Shown: one piece after another, positions 1 to 8,192 of the stretch
Position numbering within the stretch: position 1 is the first letter of the stretch
How the letters are laid out: each line of letters opens with the position of its first letter
Source of the DNA: Candidatus Thalassarchaeaceae archaeon
Lineage (GTDB): Archaea > Thermoplasmatota > Poseidoniia > Poseidoniales > Thalassarchaeaceae
Length of the DNA stretch: 32,000 nt
Direction: 5' to 3'
Assembly: GCA_045568075.1 (NCBI GenBank)
Contig: JBJLBP010000001.1
Location: 990,001-1,022,000, forward strand
Notes under the pieces: model-generated
The model's input: only the letters and a program-made list of their open reading frames with translations
The model's database searches: none
What the model was told of the DNA's origin: nothing
Translations under genes and position numbers: made by a program

Positions 1-1
1 T

Positions 2-583
2 CGAGATGAGCTTTCAGTTCTCGCTGATATCGCCGAGGAATCAGATATCATCGAAGAAGACGAAGAAACTGTCATACAGAATCTTCTGAAATTACGTGAT
101 ATCGAAGTTCAAACTATCATGACTCCAAGAGTAGTGATGAATTGTGTTGAGGTCAATGAAACTGTAAACCAGGTCATGGCGCGAATTCCAATAATGGTTT
201 ACGGACGCATGCCCGTATACGATGGAGAAATCGACAATATTCGTGGACTTGTTCTGCGTAGTGAGATTCTTCGTCGAGCGGCTGCGGATGAATTCGATGG
301 GAAGATGATCGACATGGCCAGAAAAATCGTGACTTGCAATTACGATGACTCAGTTGACAAGGCCCTCGATATATTGTTAGAGAATAAGGTGCAATTAATG
401 GTTGTAAGAGATGAATTCGGTGGGACTGTAGGACTGGTAACAATGGAAGATGTCATTGAGACGCTTCTAGGAGTCGAAATTGTCGACGAAGAAGATCTCG
501 AAGCCATCCAGGAAGGCGTTGCACACGAGAACCTCAGGGAACTCGCTATGATGCGCAACGCGAATGGCGATGAAGAAGAGTGA
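2..583 (+). CDS. CBS-pair domain protein. This is the C-terminal part of a DUF21-CBS (CNNM/CorC/HlyC-type) putative divalent-cation transporter; the 5' end lies outside the window.
   Basis: The frame is open from the window edge. The translation ...EEDEETVIQNLLKLRDIEVQTIMTPR... is the typical linker ahead of the CBS pair in this family. Two CBS-like units follow (MPVYDGEIDNIRGLV and LMVVRDEFGGTVGLVTMEDVIE). The protein ends in the acidic tail GDEEE with no CorC_HlyC domain. Confidence 0.7.
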   Translation, partial: RDELSVLADIAEESDIIEEDEETVIQNLLKLRDIEVQTIMTPRVVMNCVEVNETVNQVMARIPIMVYGRMPVYDGEIDNIRGLVLRSEILRRAAADEFDGKMIDMARKIVTCNYDDSVDKALDILLENKVQLMVVRDEFGGTVGLVTMEDVIETLLGVEIVDEEDLEAIQEGVAHENLRELAMMRNANGDEEE

Positions 584-656
584 GCATTCATAGAAAGCAA
601 AGCTGTTAGAGAGCATTGCCCGGGAATCAGACGCTTAACGACGTCATACAGTGATC

Positions 657-1472
657 TTAGGATGATTTTTCTTCATCAGAAAGCCATCCCTTAGACTCAG
701 TGAAGTCACTAATTGATTCGAGGCGCTTTAGCCAGCCCTTCGCTTCTGTTGACTTGGTGGTACGGACGAGCCAAACACCACCAAATGCGGTATCCCAGAG
801 TCCAAGGTCTCCACGAAGCTTGTACATGATGTAGTCAAGAATTGGCGGTATAACCATAAGAATCCCGATAGCGCTGAAAATCTGGCTTCCTGTGGTTTCA
901 CCGAAGCCCTTGTTACTCATCACAACTGAAACCGCCCAAAGTCCAATGAGAATGAATAGTGTAGTCATACCTTTCAAAGTAAAGTAAATCCAAATTGGCG
1001 ATTCTCCACGGGTATTCACATAACGTGTGCGACTAATCCAATTCCCAACCGATCGCCCACCAGCATAGGAAGGCATGAACCAGAGATTGAACACAATAAG
1101 TCCGAGTCCTAGAATAATGAATGGTGTTGGATTGAAGTAAGAACCCCAAGCAGTTACGACGAGAATTGGAAGAGACCAGCCGTAACTAACGAGGAAGTCC
1201 ACAATTCTTCGAGTAAGTCGCTGTCCACGGGTTGCTACTTCAAAATCAGGAGGTAATTCCTTCTTGACTCGTGGTGCACGAGGCTTCTTCTCACGGACTT
1301 TCTTTTCCGGCTTCTTCTTCTTTTCAGCGCGCTTCGCTTTCTTCGCGGTCTTAACCGGCTTCGCGGCCTTAACTGGCGCAGGAGCAGCAACTGGCACAGC
1401 TTTCTTTGGAATCTTTGTTTCAGGCTTTTCATCTTCAGAAGAGATGTTTCCTGCTTTTTCTAGAAGTCCCAT
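657..1472 (-). CDS. RDD-family-like integral membrane protein with a long Lys/Pro/Ala-rich basic N-terminal tail
   Basis: N-terminal residues about 15-75 are extremely basic (KAAKPVKTAKKAKRAEKKKKPEKKVREKKPRAPRVKK). The RDD-like arrangement follows: R..RR..D before TM1, GGRSVGNWISRTRYV between TMs, and 3-4 hydrophobic helices. It starts 4 nt after the upstream gene's stop. Confidence 0.55.
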   Translation of the reverse strand: MGLLEKAGNISSEDEKPETKIPKKAVPVAAPAPVKAAKPVKTAKKAKRAEKKKKPEKKVREKKPRAPRVKKELPPDFEVATRGQRLTRRIVDFLVSYGWSLPILVVTAWGSYFNPTPFIILGLGLIVFNLWFMPSYAGGRSVGNWISRTRYVNTRGESPIWIYFTLKGMTTLFILIGLWAVSVVMSNKGFGETTGSQIFSAIGILMVIPPILDYIMYKLRGDLGLWDTAFGGVWLVRTTKSTEAKGWLKRLESISDFTESKGWLSDEEKSS

Positions 1473-1476
1473 ATTT

Positions 1477-2298
1477 TCATTCTCCGTAAATTGTACCCAT
1501 TTCCTGGAAGACTCCGAACCCGGGGGATTGCACGAATTCCTTTACCATATCGTCTGGAAGTTCGCCTAAAACCCGATTTATCATCTGGAAGAAACTACTC
1601 CGGTCATCTTCACTCGTACCCTCTGGGTCCGAACCAACTGACTCGAAAAGTGAGAAATCGTCCGAAGCCACGAAAGATTCTACGAAATCATCTGGCATAC
1701 CGCCTAGGAGGTCATTTACCACAACGAAGAAGTTAGCAAAGTTATCTTCATCGGTTGTTTCCTCGTCCATCGATTCTTCTTCGACCATTTCTTCTTCGAA
1801 TTCCTCATCAGGTGGCGAAATAAGTTCTACAGTTGGCTTGATATCGCGCATATCCTGTTGTTGCTTCTTTCTAAGGACGATTATCTCCCTATCTAATTCA
1901 GAACCAAATCGGTCTGAAAATCGGTCGAGAAGAGTACCGACCTCGCCAGTAGCGATCCGATCTATGTGACCGTACATTTGGTCACGTTTTTCGGTAGCTA
2001 AAGCGGGATTTTCACTCTTTCTTCGCTCCCATGCTGATTGAAAATCATCGTCTTCGGGCTCATTTGATACTGTTGAATGCGATACTTCAGTTTCGGATAG
2101 AGAAATCCCAGGGGGTGGAGGAGGTGTTGGCATAGGCGGAATCTCCGGGATTTCCATATCTAGGGGTGAAAGAGGGGGCGGGGGAGGGGGAATTGACAGC
2201 CCCGGAGGGAGTGGTGGAAGTGGAAGATCATCAAAGGTATCATCTTCTTCATCAGACATACGCCAGCCTCCTTTCATCTCCGGTCCACTGACCGCCAT
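1477..2298 (-). CDS. Hypothetical highly acidic protein with an N-terminal polyproline tract and a duplicated C-terminal PDDxV-xxFV motif
   Basis: Long ORF between priS and the RDD gene on the same strand. It contains PLPPLPPGLSIPPPPPPLSPL...PPMPTPPPPPG, then a charged helical middle, then two copies of about 33 aa: FFVVVNDLLGGMPDDFVESFVASDDFSLFESVG and FFQMINRVLGELPDDMVKEFVQSPGFGVFQEMG. I recognise no family. Confidence 0.6.
   Translation of the reverse strand: MAVSGPEMKGGWRMSDEEDDTFDDLPLPPLPPGLSIPPPPPPLSPLDMEIPEIPPMPTPPPPPGISLSETEVSHSTVSNEPEDDDFQSAWERRKSENPALATEKRDQMYGHIDRIATGEVGTLLDRFSDRFGSELDREIIVLRKKQQQDMRDIKPTVELISPPDEEFEEEMVEEESMDEETTDEDNFANFFVVVNDLLGGMPDDFVESFVASDDFSLFESVGSDPEGTSEDDRSSFFQMINRVLGELPDDMVKEFVQSPGFGVFQEMGTIYGE
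1495..1731 (-). repeat. Intragenic tandem duplication encoding the two roughly 33-aa acidic motifs of the previous protein
   Basis: Copy 1 is nt 1633-1731 and copy 2 is nt 1495-1593. About half the positions are identical at protein level (FF..(V/I)N..LG..PDD.V..FV.S..F..F...G). Confidence 0.6.
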
Positions 2299-2337
2299 TA
2301 TTCAACATTCTGTGGATTGGATATAACAGCGGGCTAC

Positions 2338-3552
2338 TCATTCAGGTAATTGCCGGGCCCAACCCTTCAAACAAAGAAAAGTACACATGGCATCATTAAC
2401 GCTGTAAACATCCCCGGTTCCTCCAGAAACTTCGAGTTCTCCCAATCTCGCCGTTATGTCGTCCCGTAAGAGCTCAACTCGAGCATCTGCGCCCCCTTTG
2501 AGAGCTACTGCCTCATCGAGGGGGCGGAATGGATTAGACCCATCGGGGTCGAGTCGTTCGTATGGAATTTCAGTTACTCGAAGGCCACACTTACCATGCA
2601 GGCTGCCTAGATGGCGGATGACTCGCTTAACATCAACTGTAACGTTCTCATCAGTCTCCCCGGCAGTTCCCAAGACTACGGATCGATCACCTTTCACTAG
2701 ATCCCAAAAAGCAGGAGTTTCTTTTCCGAAAACCAAGAGCGAATGATCACTTCTTAATCTCTCGATTCGCTCTGTTGATGTGCTTGATTCAGCCAGTGAT
2801 TTAATTCTGGCCTTACTGACTCCCGATTTTCCTCCTCTGTTTTTCGTGGATTTACCATTTAAGATTCCATGAAATTCATCCATTATCGCTGTGCTTCCTG
2901 ACTCTTTCTCAGAAATAATACGCAATTTATCCAATACGCTTTGCATTCCAACTTCAATGCGATCTCTCCAACCACTTTTGTTTCCAGATAATACCGCATT
3001 GACTTCCAACCCTTCTCCACGAATGTAATTGACAATCTCCCTTCGAGCATTAGAATCCATACCTAGCAATGCGGGATCTCTGACATGAATGTGAAATCCT
3101 CTGTGGCCTGAGAATGTGAATTGGGAAAACTCTCTCTTCATATTGAATTCGGGTTCTAGAAAATCATTCCAAAGACTCCAGGCTTGATCATGTATCAAAT
3201 CTAACATGCCAGGGAAATCGGCATCGGAAACTCCGGGTAGGTGATCCCCATCAAGGTCGAAAATTAAATCCGCGCCCCTCCAATCCTTGTCAATCATTTT
3301 CCGCTCCATTGGGTGTCGGTAGTAAGCAGTGCTGTGAAAACAGGAATGGGGGCCCCTTTGTTGCAGGTATCCTAGAAGCGATTCATCTGAAGAAAAGCCT
3401 CGATGTCTATCAACTGGTTTATCCCCCCAATGTATGAACATCCATTCTCGATTTCTCAATCGAGAAGGAGTCCACAATTCATCTGTCGAAAGAGACCTGT
3501 AAAATCGAGAGAAACGCAGGGCATACCTGCTCCAACCTTCCGACACGAACAC
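2338..3552 (-). CDS. priS: DNA primase small (catalytic) subunit PriS
   Basis: Archaeo-eukaryotic primase motifs are present: GADLIFDLDGDH (catalytic DxD), FTFSGHRGFHIHV, and the N-terminal FYRS...REW..I motif. The start is a GTG, so start choice is slightly uncertain. Confidence 0.9.
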   Translation of the reverse strand: MFVSEGWSRYALRFSRFYRSLSTDELWTPSRLRNREWMFIHWGDKPVDRHRGFSSDESLLGYLQQRGPHSCFHSTAYYRHPMERKMIDKDWRGADLIFDLDGDHLPGVSDADFPGMLDLIHDQAWSLWNDFLEPEFNMKREFSQFTFSGHRGFHIHVRDPALLGMDSNARREIVNYIRGEGLEVNAVLSGNKSGWRDRIEVGMQSVLDKLRIISEKESGSTAIMDEFHGILNGKSTKNRGGKSGVSKARIKSLAESSTSTERIERLRSDHSLLVFGKETPAFWDLVKGDRSVVLGTAGETDENVTVDVKRVIRHLGSLHGKCGLRVTEIPYERLDPDGSNPFRPLDEAVALKGGADARVELLRDDITARLGELEVSGGTGDVYSVNDAMCTFLCLKGWARQLPE

Positions 3553-3621
3553 TATACGCAGAGGGAGGCTGATGAACTCGACCCTTTGTCTTCTAGAGAT
3601 TACTAAACAAATTTTGAGATT

Positions 3622-3816
3622 TCAATCTAGGTCAAGACCCTGAACTTCCTTTCCTTCAGTAGCTGGGCCGGCTCCTGTCTTTTCGACATAGGCTTCGAAA
3701 CAAACGTACTCGCCATCGAGGACTATTGCTTCAGCGAACGTCAACGCCTTACCAGTGACTGCGCATACAGGACCCAATTGGCCTGATGCTGTAGAGAGTT
3801 TCGAAGCGTCGGGCAT
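3622..3816 (-). CDS. Small hypothetical protein (64 aa)
   Basis: ATG-initiated ORF 69 nt upstream of priS on the same strand, with coding-like composition. GPVCAVTGK...DGEYVCFEAYVEK loosely resembles a degenerate YHS/TRASH layout. There is no firm homology. Confidence 0.4.
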   Translation of the reverse strand: MPDASKLSTASGQLGPVCAVTGKALTFAEAIVLDGEYVCFEAYVEKTGAGPATEGKEVQGLDLD

Positions 3817-3909
3817 GACTTGGTGCGTTCGATATTGCTTCTTGATACTTACCTCAGTTCAAGTTGGATGAGCAAAGCGATTTTGAAGTAGGTTCTGTCG
3901 CCGGCCAAT

Positions 3910-4767
3910 ATGGAACAAGACGGAGTTCATATTCGAGTAGGGCATTCGCCGGATCCTGATGATGCATTCATGTTTCACGCCCTTACAACCGGTGCTTTCG
4001 AAACTCCAGGAAGAACCTACGAACACGTGCTTTTGGATATTCAAACATTGAATGAGAAGGCTCTAACTAAGGAATACGAAATCTCTGCTGTCAGCATACA
4101 TTCATTCCCACAAATTGTAGATGATTACGTCTTGATGAATTGCGGGGCATCGATGGGGGAAGGATATGGTCCGATGTTGATTTCTAATACCCCAATGAAT
4201 GAAATCGATGCTAAGACGAGAAAGATCGCAATCCCAGGTCTAGATACCTCAGCATATCTAGCACTAAGACTTGCATGGGGTGAAGTCGAAGTGGATGTAG
4301 TTCCCTTTGACGAGATTCTTCCTGCCGTCAAAGAAGGAATCTACGATGTTGGATTGATTATTCATGAAGGACAGTTGACTTGGAAAGATGAAGGAGTTCA
4401 TCTGGTGCTTGACCTCGGAGTATGGTGGAATGAAAAGACGGGACTACCACTGCCACTCGGAGGAAATGTTGTGAGAAGGGATCTCGGTGAAGATTTGTGT
4501 CAACAATTGTCGCAAGATGTAAAGCGTTCGATTGAGCATTCGCTTCAGAACCCCGAAGCAGCACTTGAATTTGCCAAATCCTGGGGCCGTGGCATCGATG
4601 ATGAAACGAATAGGGAATTTGTTCAAATGTACGTCAATAAAAGAACACTTGATTACGGTCCCGAAGGCCGAGCTGCGATTCGATTATTCTTGAAAGAAGG
4701 TCAGAGAATCGGTATGGTCGATGCTGGATTAGATACTGATTCAATAGAATTTATCGGAGTTGAGTAA
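3910..4767 (+). CDS. mqnD: MqnD-like protein of the MqnA/MqnD family (1,4-dihydroxy-6-naphthoate synthase-like, futalosine pathway)
   Basis: The N-terminal VGHSPDPDDAFMFHAL matches the MqnD-type G.SPCPND.F.F.AL signature. The fold length is periplasmic-binding-protein-like, and mqnA and a radical SAM mqn gene are neighbours. Confidence 0.7.
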   Translation: MEQDGVHIRVGHSPDPDDAFMFHALTTGAFETPGRTYEHVLLDIQTLNEKALTKEYEISAVSIHSFPQIVDDYVLMNCGASMGEGYGPMLISNTPMNEIDAKTRKIAIPGLDTSAYLALRLAWGEVEVDVVPFDEILPAVKEGIYDVGLIIHEGQLTWKDEGVHLVLDLGVWWNEKTGLPLPLGGNVVRRDLGEDLCQQLSQDVKRSIEHSLQNPEAALEFAKSWGRGIDDETNREFVQMYVNKRTLDYGPEGRAAIRLFLKEGQRIGMVDAGLDTDSIEFIGVE

Positions 4768-5247
4768 ATGATTCACGATAAGCCTGAGAGGTCAGAATTC
4801 GATTCAGTAGATCCAGCCCCTCCAAGTGAGGATAGCAAGGTCACAACATTACGAAATACAATTTGTGATGAAGATGAAAAAATGTTCCAGCGTATGCGAG
4901 CACTCTTCGCTCTGAGGAATATTGGTGGTAAGGATTCTGTCGAAGCACTCGCAGCTGCCTTTTCATCAAAGTCAGCACTTCTGAAACATGAGATTGCCTA
5001 TGTCATGGGCCAGATGCAAGATTCACATGCCGTACCACATCTAATCGATAGGTTGGCTGATGCTGATGAAGATGTGATGGTTCGTCACGAGGCTGCTGAA
5101 GCACTTGGAGCGATTGGGGATAGGACCGCTTTGTCCGTGTTGGAAGAGTACGTCGACGATGATGAAGTCGTTGTTGCGGAATCATGTGAGGTTGCTCTCG
5201 ATCTGTTAGAATGGGTTGCTAGTAAGAGATTGGACTACTCCGAGTGA
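4768..5247 (+). CDS. HEAT-repeat protein equivalent to one half of eukaryotic deoxyhypusine hydroxylase (DOHH/Lia1)
   Basis: SVDPAPP...RMRALFALRNIGG...SALLKHEIAYVMGQMQ...DEDVMVRHEAAEALGAIGD...VVAESCEVALDLLEW reproduces, from my recollection, the motifs of one DOHH half, including two His-Glu iron-ligand pairs. The ATG directly abuts the mqnD-like stop (TAAATG), and GGAG lies 8-11 nt upstream. Confidence 0.7.
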   Translation: MIHDKPERSEFDSVDPAPPSEDSKVTTLRNTICDEDEKMFQRMRALFALRNIGGKDSVEALAAAFSSKSALLKHEIAYVMGQMQDSHAVPHLIDRLADADEDVMVRHEAAEALGAIGDRTALSVLEEYVDDDEVVVAESCEVALDLLEWVASKRLDYSE

Positions 5248-5252
5248 ACTAT

Positions 5253-6047
5253 TCACATCGTAACCCATACTGGTTCTACAGTCATTCCACAAACATCGCT
5301 CAAAAATAATGCGAGCCCCCTTTTCGACTCATCATCGAGGGTATTACGGACTTCATTCTCGAAATAATGCGATAACCGCTCGAAATCAGTACCAGAAGCT
5401 TCCGCTGCCGCTGCGATTACTGCTTCCTTATATTGGTCATCTTGGTTAAATTTTGAGTAATTCTCCAGGAGTTCCGAATGGATAATCTTCAGATTCTCTA
5501 CTGGAGTATCTCTACGGCAAGCAAATACTCCGAAAACCATAGGAAAACCAGTCACTCTAGTCCATTCTCCACCGAGATCGAGACAGACTAATTCAGGATG
5601 TTCAGCTGCTGCAGCGAGAGCTCTGTCACCGATGAGTAAAGCCCCGTCACAGCGTTCTAACATTGAGATAAGATCGGGGCCTGTTTCTATGCATTTAGGA
5701 TCTAAGCCCCTATGGTTTAACAACCATCTCAACAAGACCTTAGAAGTCGATGAATCAGAGGGTAAAGCGATGTCCCTCATCTTATCTAATTCTCTTGTGC
5801 CGAAGAGAATTACAGACCCTACTGCACCCATTCCAACTATACCTAATTCAGGCAGTAACATTAGTTCCTTATGGTGAAGAGCATAGTCCGCAGTAGGAAT
5901 AGGTGCTGTGATGCAATCCCTTCGAAGAACGTGTCCAGTCAGCCATGCAGGAGGAGCGGGGAGCACAGTCCAATTATCACTCAAACCATGAAATAATGGC
6001 TCACAATTAGTGAATGCTACACGACCAATAACGCTAGTCCAGGACAA
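5253..6047 (-). CDS. mqnA: MqnA-like chorismate dehydratase (futalosine pathway)
   Basis: MqnA/MqnD family length and layout, with N-terminal VAFTNCEPLFHGL (compare the MqnA y.N..P). It starts at a TTG 9 nt after the radical SAM gene's stop. Confidence 0.65.
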   Translation of the reverse strand: MSWTSVIGRVAFTNCEPLFHGLSDNWTVLPAPPAWLTGHVLRRDCITAPIPTADYALHHKELMLLPELGIVGMGAVGSVILFGTRELDKMRDIALPSDSSTSKVLLRWLLNHRGLDPKCIETGPDLISMLERCDGALLIGDRALAAAAEHPELVCLDLGGEWTRVTGFPMVFGVFACRRDTPVENLKIIHSELLENYSKFNQDDQYKEAVIAAAAEASGTDFERLSHYFENEVRNTLDDESKRGLALFLSDVCGMTVEPVWVTM

Positions 6048-6056
6048 ATCAACACC

Positions 6057-7259
6057 TCAGACTTGGATAATCGGTAACACATTTAGTTCAGTATCTGAAG
6101 AGGCGACGCGTTCGAACTCTGAATAAGTTGAATTTCTTTTCACCGGCGCAAACCCCGCTTCTTCGATCAAGCGACAGATGTCTTCGCGACAGGAATCCAA
6201 ACGTGTTTTACTACCAGCCGAATGCATAATTTCCTCGTGGCCGACAGTTCCGTCGATATCGTCAGCACCTGCACTGAGAGCCATCTGAGCAACAGCATCA
6301 CCGATATTCATTCGATATGCCTTGATGTGAGAGATATTATCCAACATTAATCGAGATACACTGATTACGCGTAATATCTCATTAGAACTAGCCAACTGAG
6401 CCTCAGGGAGTCTTGTCTTGTCATGTAGGAAAGGATATGGAACAAAGCATTGAAATCCATTCGTTTCATCTTGTAATTCTCTTAGTAGAGAAAGGTGTTT
6501 TATTCGTTCGGATGAAGATTCTACTGTTCCGAAAAGCATGGTGCAATTAGTTGGAACTTCCAATATGTGTGCTGCGCGATGAATATCGAGATATTCTTGG
6601 CTTGATTCCTTACCACGACATATTCGGTCGCGTACAGAATCGACAAGAATTTCCGCACCACCTCCTGGAATCGAATCTAATCCAGCTTCTTTCAGAGTCT
6701 CAATTACTTCACCAACGGATAAGTTGGAACGTTCTGAGATGTGTTTGATTTCGATCGCCGTTAGTGACTTGATGTGGATGTGGGGGAATCTCTGTTTACA
6801 TTGTCGATAGAGTTCCGCATAATGTTCCACAGTCCAAGTTGGGTGTAAACCACCAACTGAATGTACCTCGTCGATATGTTCTGCGTATGGTTCGATTCGG
6901 TGCAAATATTCCTCAACCGAGAGCTCATACGCATCCTTGTGACGAGGCCCCTTACGAAAGGCACAGAATCGACATGCTAAGACACAAATGTTTGTTGTAT
7001 TGACATGCAAATTTTCGTTGAAAAATACATCATCCGAATGCTTTGAGTGCTTGACCATAGAAGCTAGAGCAGTCAAGCCTGAGAGAGGCGCCTCGTCCAT
7101 CAACAATAGTCCAGTTGATTCAGATATTCTGCCCCTTGAAGACAATTCAGAATATGCAGAATACAGAAGTTTGTTTGATCTAATCGAGTGAGGTATTGGC
7201 ATCTTAGCTAACCGAGTTGTCCAATAGAGATTGGATTCCGGACTTGCGATTGACTGCAT
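6057..7259 (-). CDS. Radical SAM enzyme of the MqnC/MqnE (CofH-like) family. It is either aminofutalosine synthase or cyclic dehypoxanthinyl-futalosine synthase.
   Basis: NTTNICVLACRFCAF carries the CxxxCxxC radical SAM cluster. VGGLHP, GGGAEIL and DDIDGTV...EEI.H.AG are typical of this family. I cannot separate MqnC from MqnE by eye. Confidence 0.8.
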   Translation of the reverse strand: MQSIASPESNLYWTTRLAKMPIPHSIRSNKLLYSAYSELSSRGRISESTGLLLMDEAPLSGLTALASMVKHSKHSDDVFFNENLHVNTTNICVLACRFCAFRKGPRHKDAYELSVEEYLHRIEPYAEHIDEVHSVGGLHPTWTVEHYAELYRQCKQRFPHIHIKSLTAIEIKHISERSNLSVGEVIETLKEAGLDSIPGGGAEILVDSVRDRICRGKESSQEYLDIHRAAHILEVPTNCTMLFGTVESSSERIKHLSLLRELQDETNGFQCFVPYPFLHDKTRLPEAQLASSNEILRVISVSRLMLDNISHIKAYRMNIGDAVAQMALSAGADDIDGTVGHEEIMHSAGSKTRLDSCREDICRLIEEAGFAPVKRNSTYSEFERVASSDTELNVLPIIQV

Positions 7260-7370
7260 TACGCTCCCTCTTATTCATACCGAGATGATTTCAGATTGTG
7301 AATCTATCTCAATAATGCAGCGGGCAGGGAACCCGGAAATCATCAAGAGCCCATCACGGAACCACGTATC

Positions 7371-8192
7371 GTGTCAGCGGAGCCGATTCCTCTCAACGAA
7401 TTGAATGAACGCGCCAAGAGGTGTCGGCGCTCAATCGTAGACATGGTTCACAAAGCTGGAGCAGGACATCCTGGTGGTTCTCTTTCGGCAATAGACCTCT
7501 TAGTTGGATTATATTCCACCCAAATGTCAGTTTCTCCCGATGATGCAAACAATGCAGACCGAGATCGCTTCGTTATGAGCAAAGGGCATGCATCACCAGC
7601 GGTTTACTCAATCCTTCACGAAATGGGCTTCCTTGCGAAGTCCGACTTAGATGGATTCCGTACGATGGGTTCAGTCTGTCAAGGCCACGTCGATATGAAG
7701 TGGACGAATGGGGTTGATTTCTCAGCTGGTAGTTTGGGTATGGGTCTATCATTCGGTTTAGGCTGTGCTTTTGCTGCTAGACTAAACGAACAAGATTTCC
7801 ATACTTGGGTTATGATTGGTGATGGTGAAACTCAGGAAGGGCAAATTTGGGAAGCCTTCATGGCAGCCAGTTACCATGATATTCAGAACTTGCATGTAAT
7901 CGTAGATCGGAATCGTATCCAGAATGATGATTTTGTAGATGTGCAGATGGAGATCGGTGATATAGCGAGTAAAATAAGTTCATTCGGATGGTCGGTTAAA
8001 GAAATCGATGGACATGATATGGAACATGTTGTTGATGCTCTAAGTTGGGCAGCAAATACCCCGGGGCCTAATGCAATCGTTGCTCATACTGTGAAAGGAA
8101 AAGGAGTCTCTTTCATGGAAGATAACCCCTCTTTCCACGGAAAAGCACCCACGGATGAAGAATTATCTCAAGCACTGGAGGAATTAGCATGA
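7371..8192 (+). CDS. tkt: Transketolase, N-terminal (TPP pyrophosphate-binding) subunit
   Basis: GAGHPGGSLS, MSKGHASPAVY and GDGETQEGQIWEA (TPP motif) are present. The start is a GTG, and there is a 4-nt ATGA overlap with the C-terminal subunit gene. Confidence 0.9.
   Translation: MSAEPIPLNELNERAKRCRRSIVDMVHKAGAGHPGGSLSAIDLLVGLYSTQMSVSPDDANNADRDRFVMSKGHASPAVYSILHEMGFLAKSDLDGFRTMGSVCQGHVDMKWTNGVDFSAGSLGMGLSFGLGCAFAARLNEQDFHTWVMIGDGETQEGQIWEAFMAASYHDIQNLHVIVDRNRIQNDDFVDVQMEIGDIASKISSFGWSVKEIDGHDMEHVVDALSWAANTPGPNAIVAHTVKGKGVSFMEDNPSFHGKAPTDEELSQALEELA

Noticed and set aside
2163-2190. Perfect G-quadruplex-type motif on the plus strand: GGGG-N7-GGGGG-C-GGGGG-A-GGGGG.
   Set aside because: It is the complement of the CCC/CCT proline codons that encode the polyproline tract of the acidic protein. 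It is most simply a by-product of coding, and I see no independent evidence for a regulatory role.
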